Origin: Pirellulales bacterium | Lineage (GTDB): Bacteria > Planctomycetota > Planctomycetia > Pirellulales > Lacipirellulaceae | Reading direction: 5' to 3' | Length of the DNA: 64,000 bases | Assembly (NCBI GenBank): GCA_041752635.1 | Contig: JBGSWC010000324.1 | Coordinates: 408 to 64,407 of the forward strand | In this document: positions 58,605 to 64,000 of the stretch, one piece after another | How positions within the stretch are numbered: position 1 is the first letter of the stretch | How the letters are laid out: every line of letters starts with the position of its first letter | Program-made: the position numbers and the translations under genes | The notes under the pieces: generated by a model | The model's input: only the letters and a program-made list of their open reading frames with translations | The model's database searches: none | What the model was told of the DNA's origin: nothing

Positions 58605-61283
58605 ATGACGAGTTTGTCTGCTCTAGCTCAATGGAAGTCGTCCGAACGCTGGACCGATGTTGAGCTATGGATGCGCGGGCTTGATCGCGCGGTTGACGGA
58701 TGCATTGCAGCAACGCTGCTATTCGCGCCGCTGCTGCTCGGTGGTCGTCATCCGGTCGGACGTTTTGTTTTCACTTCGATGGTGTTGGCCGGCTGTTTGC
58801 TGTTCGCAGTGCGGCAGGCGATTTGCTGCCAGCAACCTGTCCGTCGACATCCAACCATCTGGATTGGGATGGTGACGATTGCGATTATCTTTTTACAGCT
58901 TCTTCCGCTGCCAACAACGATCATCGAATGGCTTGCACCAGCACACGGTCATCTACTGAGTGAAGCGGCTGCGATTCCGACGCTTTCACTCGTACCGAAC
59001 GAATCAGCCATTTCCATGGCCGTTGCGATGGGCTACGTGGGGCTACTGTGGCTCGTTATTCAGCGGGTGCGTTCGTTCGACGACATCCGCCGACTCGCCC
59101 AACTCATCGCCCTGGCAACAATCGTTTTCGCAATGCTCGCTCTGGCTCAACGCTACACGGCCGGAGGACGTTTTCTCTGGGTTTATGAACATCCTTTCCG
59201 CACAACCAGCGATGTCGTGAAAGGGCCATTTGCCAATCGCAACCACTTCGCTAGCTTTTTGGCGATGGGAGCCGGAACGCTCGTCGCCTGGTTGTTCGCC
59301 GGTGCAACGATACGCAAAGATCGGCCTCTGCAATCAGCGCCCCGCATGTTGCAGGTATCAGAGCGCTCGCTATTGATGGCCGGACTGTTTGTGGTGTGCT
59401 TCGCCAGCGTGCTCACCGCGTCGCGTGGCGGAATCGCGGTGCTGGTTGTCGCCGGAATTGTGCTAGCCACACTGTTCGCAAGCCGACGGCTGCTCAATTT
59501 ACAGAGCAGCGCCATCGCGGCGACCGGAATCGCGCTGTTCATCGTGATCGCGGCGATGCAAGCGAGTAGCAATGTCTCCGATCGACTCGGCGATTTGGCG
59601 ACCGGCGATGTTAGCCAACTCGACGCCGAAGGCGCGAGGCAAACCATTTGGTCGGCGAACCTCGCCGCTATCTCTCATGGTGGTCTGCTGGGAACTGGTG
59701 CGGGCACCCATCGCAGTGTCCATGCGGCCTACTTGCCGGTCTCGATTGCCAAACCGTTTAGCCACGCCGAGAATAGCTACTTGCAAATCGGCACCGAGAT
59801 GGGGTTTGCCGGCCTCGCGCTCCTGGCAGTAGCAATTGGTTGCGTGATCACTACCGCTGTTCGCGCGCTTCGCTGCTGCCACGACCGAAACGAATACCTT
59901 GTTGTTTCAGGTCTCGTGGCGACAATTGCCGTCGCGCTCGTTCACAACCTATTCGACTTCACTTGGTACATCCCGGCTTGCATGACAATTGTGCTGGTCG
60001 CCGTCGGGTGCTTAGCACGGGTATCACAACTAAAAACGAATCGCACCGAGACTCCATCGCCGTTGTCATGGCGCTATGCGGCCGTCGTTTGCGCGCTCAC
60101 ATTCGCCGTTTGTGCTACGACGCTGTGGCCCTCGCTACGCGGTTCGGCGGCTTGGGATCGCTATCTTCGGCTTGCTGTGCGCAGCGATCGCCTCGAAGCA
60201 CAGCAAGCGCGGGGCGACTTCGCCGCTAGTCAACAAGCGACAGCCGACTATCGGCAATGGTTGGCCGATGAAATGGCCAAAGAGTTGCGGACTCTGCTGG
60301 CGGCAGATCCCCACGATGCCGAAGCCCATGTCCGCTACGCCGAAGTCTGTCTCCGCGAATTCGAACGTCGACGCGCGGTGGCCGCCAATCGGCAGTCGCT
60401 GAGTCAGATCGCCGCGACCTGCCGCGACGTGAGTTTTCCAAACCAAGAGGATCTGCTGGCTTGGCTGCGCCGTGCGTTTGGCGACGTCGATACGCAACTA
60501 CTGATTGAAGCACATCGCCACGCGGAATTCGCCACACAACTCTCTGTCGTCGACGCAACGGCTTGGTTGCTGCGAGCCCAAACCGCGTTCCTCGATCCGA
60601 AGCATGTCGATCGAGCAACAACACAATTGGCCCAAGCGACGCGACTGGCGCCGCACGACGGAGCGGTGCTGTTCGAATTGGGTGTCCAGCGTTCGTTGGT
60701 GGGCGACAACGCCGGGGCACTCGAAGCATGGCAGGCCTGTTTCGTCGCTGCGGGGCCGTACAAGTATCGCATTGTGGAGATACTAGCGGGCGTGGTTCCA
60801 GCGAGTGACTTTATTGCCGATTTCCGTCCCGATTGGTCGACATTGCACGAAGTGTGGAAGAAATACGTCGCGCAAGGAGACGAACAGCAGCTTCGCCAAT
60901 TGCTCGACTATGCGGTCGAAATCACAGACAGCGGCGACAGCAAGTCACTCGGTACATTTCCCGTTCACGCTTGGCGGTGGCTTGCGACCATGTATCGCGA
61001 TTTAGGAGACGATCAAATGTCGCTCGCCCAACTGAAGCGCGCCATGCAGTGCGATGCCAATCAATTCGGTGTTCGTTTCGATCTCGCGCAAACGCTGATG
61101 CGACTCGCGCAGTATGGAGAGGCCGAACAACATTACCGCTGGTGCCTCGCACGACGCCCCGAAGTCACCGCGCTCAGGCTCAACCTCGAAAAAGCAACGG
61201 CCGCGCGTATGAAGCAACTGCGCGACGAACAAACCAGCGAAATTGCGTCGACGGTTTCGCCAATGCCGACCCTCCCGCGCTAA
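58605..61283 (+). CDS. O-antigen-ligase (Wzy_C) membrane domain fused to a ~400-aa TPR-like C-terminal domain
   Basis: TASRGGIAVL ... HAENSYLQIGTEMGFAG signature within about 12 TM segments. The C-terminal half is soluble, helical and TPR-like (..YGEAEQHYRWCLARRPE..). Confidence 0.8.
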   Translation: MTSLSALAQWKSSERWTDVELWMRGLDRAVDGCIAATLLFAPLLLGGRHPVGRFVFTSMVLAGCLLFAVRQAICCQQPVRRHPTIWIGMVTIAIIFLQLLPLPTTIIEWLAPAHGHLLSEAAAIPTLSLVPNESAISMAVAMGYVGLLWLVIQRVRSFDDIRRLAQLIALATIVFAMLALAQRYTAGGRFLWVYEHPFRTTSDVVKGPFANRNHFASFLAMGAGTLVAWLFAGATIRKDRPLQSAPRMLQVSERSLLMAGLFVVCFASVLTASRGGIAVLVVAGIVLATLFASRRLLNLQSSAIAATGIALFIVIAAMQASSNVSDRLGDLATGDVSQLDAEGARQTIWSANLAAISHGGLLGTGAGTHRSVHAAYLPVSIAKPFSHAENSYLQIGTEMGFAGLALLAVAIGCVITTAVRALRCCHDRNEYLVVSGLVATIAVALVHNLFDFTWYIPACMTIVLVAVGCLARVSQLKTNRTETPSPLSWRYAAVVCALTFAVCATTLWPSLRGSAAWDRYLRLAVRSDRLEAQQARGDFAASQQATADYRQWLADEMAKELRTLLAADPHDAEAHVRYAEVCLREFERRRAVAANRQSLSQIAATCRDVSFPNQEDLLAWLRRAFGDVDTQLLIEAHRHAEFATQLSVVDATAWLLRAQTAFLDPKHVDRATTQLAQATRLAPHDGAVLFELGVQRSLVGDNAGALEAWQACFVAAGPYKYRIVEILAGVVPASDFIADFRPDWSTLHEVWKKYVAQGDEQQLRQLLDYAVEITDSGDSKSLGTFPVHAWRWLATMYRDLGDDQMSLAQLKRAMQCDANQFGVRFDLAQTLMRLAQYGEAEQHYRWCLARRPEVTALRLNLEKATAARMKQLRDEQTSEIASTVSPMPTLPR

Positions 61284-61322
61284 AACCTATTCTCCTACCA
61301 TTCCCGACAACCAATTACGACA

Positions 61323-63185
61323 ATGAAGTCTTTAACCGTAACTCGACGACGCTGGCAGCGAATGTTGGTCGGCATCGCTGCGGTCGCGCCGCTACTGGCG
61401 GCAAGCTACTATGCGGCGTTTGCATTGCGATTTGGCGGCGATGTGCCGGAGTCGGCTAAACACCTGCTGTGGGTTTCGCTCCCTTGGGTGCTGTATGCCA
61501 AGTGTCTCGCGGTCGGCTGGGCACTGCTCGAAAGCGGCCTCTCGCGAGTCGTTTCGTTTCACGATATGAAGGTCTTGCTTAAAGCGTCAGTGGTTGGTGG
61601 TCTGGGGGTGATCGTGATCGACGCACTCGCCGTTCCCGAAACGACGGTGCCGCGGAGCGTCGTGTTACTCGATGGTGGCATTTCGTTTATTGCCATGTGT
61701 AGCGTCCGAGCCCTGCCGCGCATGTGGAGCGAAACCCGCAGCCAGTTCCGGCGGTCGGGCGACGAGACTCGTGTGCTTATTGTCGGCGTGAGTGACAAGG
61801 GAGCGACGCTGCTGCGAGAGATTCATCAAAACGCCCAACTCAATTATCATGTCGCGGGATTCATCGACGATCGCCCGCAGCTCGTCGGACAGCTTATCGC
61901 TGGCGTACCTGTCGTCGGCACAACGGCCGATTTGGGCGACATCGCCGAGCGATATCGCATCGAAGAAGTGCTCATTACGGCCGGCGAGGTCGATGGGCGG
62001 AGCGTTCGCCAACTGCACGCAGCCGCTGCCGAATGGGGATTAAAACTAAAAGTTCTGCCCAGTTATCAGCAACTGATCGAGCAACATGTTTCGGTCCAAC
62101 CGCGTGAGGTGGCCATTGAAGATCTGCTGCAACGCGAGTCGGTTGACATCGACCTCGAAACGATCGGCGAATGGCTCACTGGTCGCGTGGTTCTCGTGAC
62201 GGGGAGCGCGGGCAGCATTGGGTCGGAGATCTGCCGACAACTGCTCCAACTCGCTCCTGCCCGGCTTGTGCTACTCGATCGCTCGGAGACCGGCCAGTTC
62301 TTTCTTGATCGCGAGCTTCGGAGGCTCGCACCCCACTTGGCGATCGACACGGTCATTGCCGATGCGACCGACCGCAGTCGGCTCAACGCGGTGTTTGCTC
62401 AATATCGCCCCGACATTGTGTTCCACGCCGCTGCCTACAAACATGTACCCCTGATGGAACAGCACCCGGGCGAAGCGATCAAAAACATCGTACTCGCCAC
62501 CCGTAATTTGGTCGACGTGGCCGAACAACATAATGTATCAGCGTTTGTCATGATCTCGACTGACAAAGCGGTCAATCCAACGAGTGTAATGGGCTCGTGC
62601 AAACAATTGGCCGAGCGATATGTGCAATCGACTGCCGCCACATCGAAATGCCGCTTCGTGACAGTACGATTCGGCAACGTGCTCGACAGCGCCGGCAGTG
62701 TGGTGCCCGTGTTTCGCGAACAGATCGCTCGTGGCGGACCGATCACGGTCACCCACCCCGACATCATTCGCTTCTTCATGCTCATTCCCGAAGCGGCCCA
62801 GCTTGTGATTCAGGCGGGAGCGATGGGGCAGGGGGGCGAGATTTTTGTGCTCGACATGGGCGAACCAGTGAAAATCGTCGACCTTGCCCGCGACATGATT
62901 CGCCTGTCGGGGTTGCGCGAGGGAGATGACATCGAGATCGAATTCACTGGTCTGAGGCCAGGGGAGAAGCTCTATGAAGAACTCTACGGCGAAGGCGAAC
63001 AGCATCGCCGTACGACGCACCCAAAGATCATGGTCGCCGACAGCCAGCAGCGTCGCCTACTCGAAGTCATTCGTGATATCGCGGCGCTGGAGAAATGCGC
63101 AAACGCCGATCCGGCGATTGTCGTGGCGCGACTCCAAGAAGCAGTCGAGTTGCAACCGGCAGTGAAATTGCCTGCCGCGGCGTAG
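61323..63185 (+). CDS. membrane-anchored NDP-sugar 4,6-dehydratase/epimerase (CapD/PglF/WbpM family)
   Basis: Four N-terminal TM helices, RVLIVGVSDKG, then the SDR catalytic domain VLVTGSAGSIGSE..AAYKHVP. Confidence 0.9.
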   Translation: MKSLTVTRRRWQRMLVGIAAVAPLLAASYYAAFALRFGGDVPESAKHLLWVSLPWVLYAKCLAVGWALLESGLSRVVSFHDMKVLLKASVVGGLGVIVIDALAVPETTVPRSVVLLDGGISFIAMCSVRALPRMWSETRSQFRRSGDETRVLIVGVSDKGATLLREIHQNAQLNYHVAGFIDDRPQLVGQLIAGVPVVGTTADLGDIAERYRIEEVLITAGEVDGRSVRQLHAAAAEWGLKLKVLPSYQQLIEQHVSVQPREVAIEDLLQRESVDIDLETIGEWLTGRVVLVTGSAGSIGSEICRQLLQLAPARLVLLDRSETGQFFLDRELRRLAPHLAIDTVIADATDRSRLNAVFAQYRPDIVFHAAAYKHVPLMEQHPGEAIKNIVLATRNLVDVAEQHNVSAFVMISTDKAVNPTSVMGSCKQLAERYVQSTAATSKCRFVTVRFGNVLDSAGSVVPVFREQIARGGPITVTHPDIIRFFMLIPEAAQLVIQAGAMGQGGEIFVLDMGEPVKIVDLARDMIRLSGLREGDDIEIEFTGLRPGEKLYEELYGEGEQHRRTTHPKIMVADSQQRRLLEVIRDIAALEKCANADPAIVVARLQEAVELQPAVKLPAAA

Positions 63186-63383
63186 GGCGGCAAGCGCCAG
63201 CGGAAGTGGTACGCAAAAAGAGCGACTTCGCGAGAGTCGACGATCTGCACGCGAGAGAGGCGAGCCATGGCATGGTTCCCAGTTTTTTGGTGCCAACGCT
63301 CGTGAGTATTCGCACGTTCAGTATCGTGTCAAGTGAGTTTGGGGAGAAAATCGGAGAATGGATGACTAGATGCCTGTCCCAGT

Positions 63384-63668
63384 TTGGTGACTGTGAGACA
63401 TGCGGTACTCGAAACGAGGGCCGGAAAGGGCTACAGCACTTTGCGTGGGCTGGATGAAGACACAGTCGGCTTTATTCAAGCTACAGAACTCTGGAATCAG
63501 CACCGGTTATCTGAGTTCTTAAAGCGTAACCCCGGTAATACCGTAGCTCTGAACTTGCTCGCGGAATCGAGAGCGGGGCGATTACGCAGTTTCGCCAGTT
63601 TCCTTAGAAATGACCGTCTATTTTTAATACCTCAATCAAAATCACCCGTGAGTGGAATTCGCCTCTAA
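63384..63668 (+). CDS. hypothetical small protein (weak call)
   Basis: Only TTG/GTG starts (63384/63387/63393). Lies in the low-GC tail and ends 4 nt before the next ATG. Confidence 0.25.
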   Translation: MVTVRHAVLETRAGKGYSTLRGLDEDTVGFIQATELWNQHRLSEFLKRNPGNTVALNLLAESRAGRLRSFASFLRNDRLFLIPQSKSPVSGIRL

Positions 63669-63672
63669 CGCT

Positions 63673-64000
63673 ATGAACCGGTATCAAGCTCTCATTGATC
63701 AGAATGAATATATGGCTGAGATGTCTGCAAAGTTAGCGACGGACTTTCTCAAGTCGCAGAATATTGAGCGGGCATGCAACAACTTTGAAGCCGTGGCAAC
63801 TCACATGAACGATAGTGGACTTGTAGAATGGAAACTAGGAACGAAGAATCCAAGTTGCTACTTCCAACGCGCATTTAAAGCGGTGCTTTCAGCAGCAGAT
63901 TTGGTTTCCCAACTCCATCCGCAGGCTCGTGTAGCTTGTTTTGAAAATTACCTCGAAGTCGCCTACAGTCTGCTCATCATGCGACATGCCATTCCCTCGA
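63673..64000 (+). CDS. hypothetical protein, 5' part (open to the right window edge)
   Basis: Not in the ORF track because there is no stop inside the window. From ATG 63673 there are 109 codons without a stop (MNRYQALIDQNEYMAEMSAKLATDFLKS...). GC about 43-46% versus the high 50s elsewhere. Confidence 0.5.
   Translation, partial: MNRYQALIDQNEYMAEMSAKLATDFLKSQNIERACNNFEAVATHMNDSGLVEWKLGTKNPSCYFQRAFKAVLSAADLVSQLHPQARVACFENYLEVAYSLLIMRHAIPS

Overview
This is a chromosomal segment of roughly 57-60% GC (judged by eye). It looks like Planctomycetota of the Pirellulales type: it has a DUF1559/H-X9-DG pseudopilin-like protein, two PEP-CTERM proteins, a long MscK-like channel, many secreted hypothetical proteins, and abundant long antisense ORFs. 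I call about 50 protein-coding genes. I saw no rRNA, tRNA, CRISPR array, transposase or integrase. Layout by region: (1) 1-26 kb holds ribD, a SAM methyltransferase, an ECF sigma/anti-sigma pair, a YfcH-like epimerase, an MscK-like channel, a Nudix hydrolase, a secreted metallophosphoesterase and a beta-propeller. Two PEP-CTERM proteins then flank a DsbD-like reductase and a 0.93-kb gene-free, palindrome-rich spacer, followed by a LarA-N/DUF2088-like gene and metH. (2) 26-33 kb holds a three-gene operon (toroid-repeat protein, chorismate-lyase-like protein, WxWxIP flavin-halogenase-like protein). It lies directly downstream of a soluble GAF/PAS histidine kinase and two NarL/FixJ-type response regulators, one of which is frameshifted. 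(3) 33-49 kb is housekeeping: trmB, rhomboid, FabZ-like, panB, BI-1, EEP plus cardiolipin synthase, uvrA, ligA and rnd. It also contains an untracked 32-codon, very basic ORF with a bL37-like motif. (4) 49-63 kb is a Wzx/Wzy-type polysaccharide locus in two divergent blocks. (5) The last ~0.7 kb drops to about 45% GC and carries unknown ORFs. The best candidates for something new are the halogenase/chorismate-lyase operon with its regulators, the ECF sigma paired with an anti-sigma::DUF1559 fusion, the palindrome-rich non-coding island at 17.8-18.7 kb, and the small basic ORF. All functional calls come from motif recognition by eye; no searches were run.
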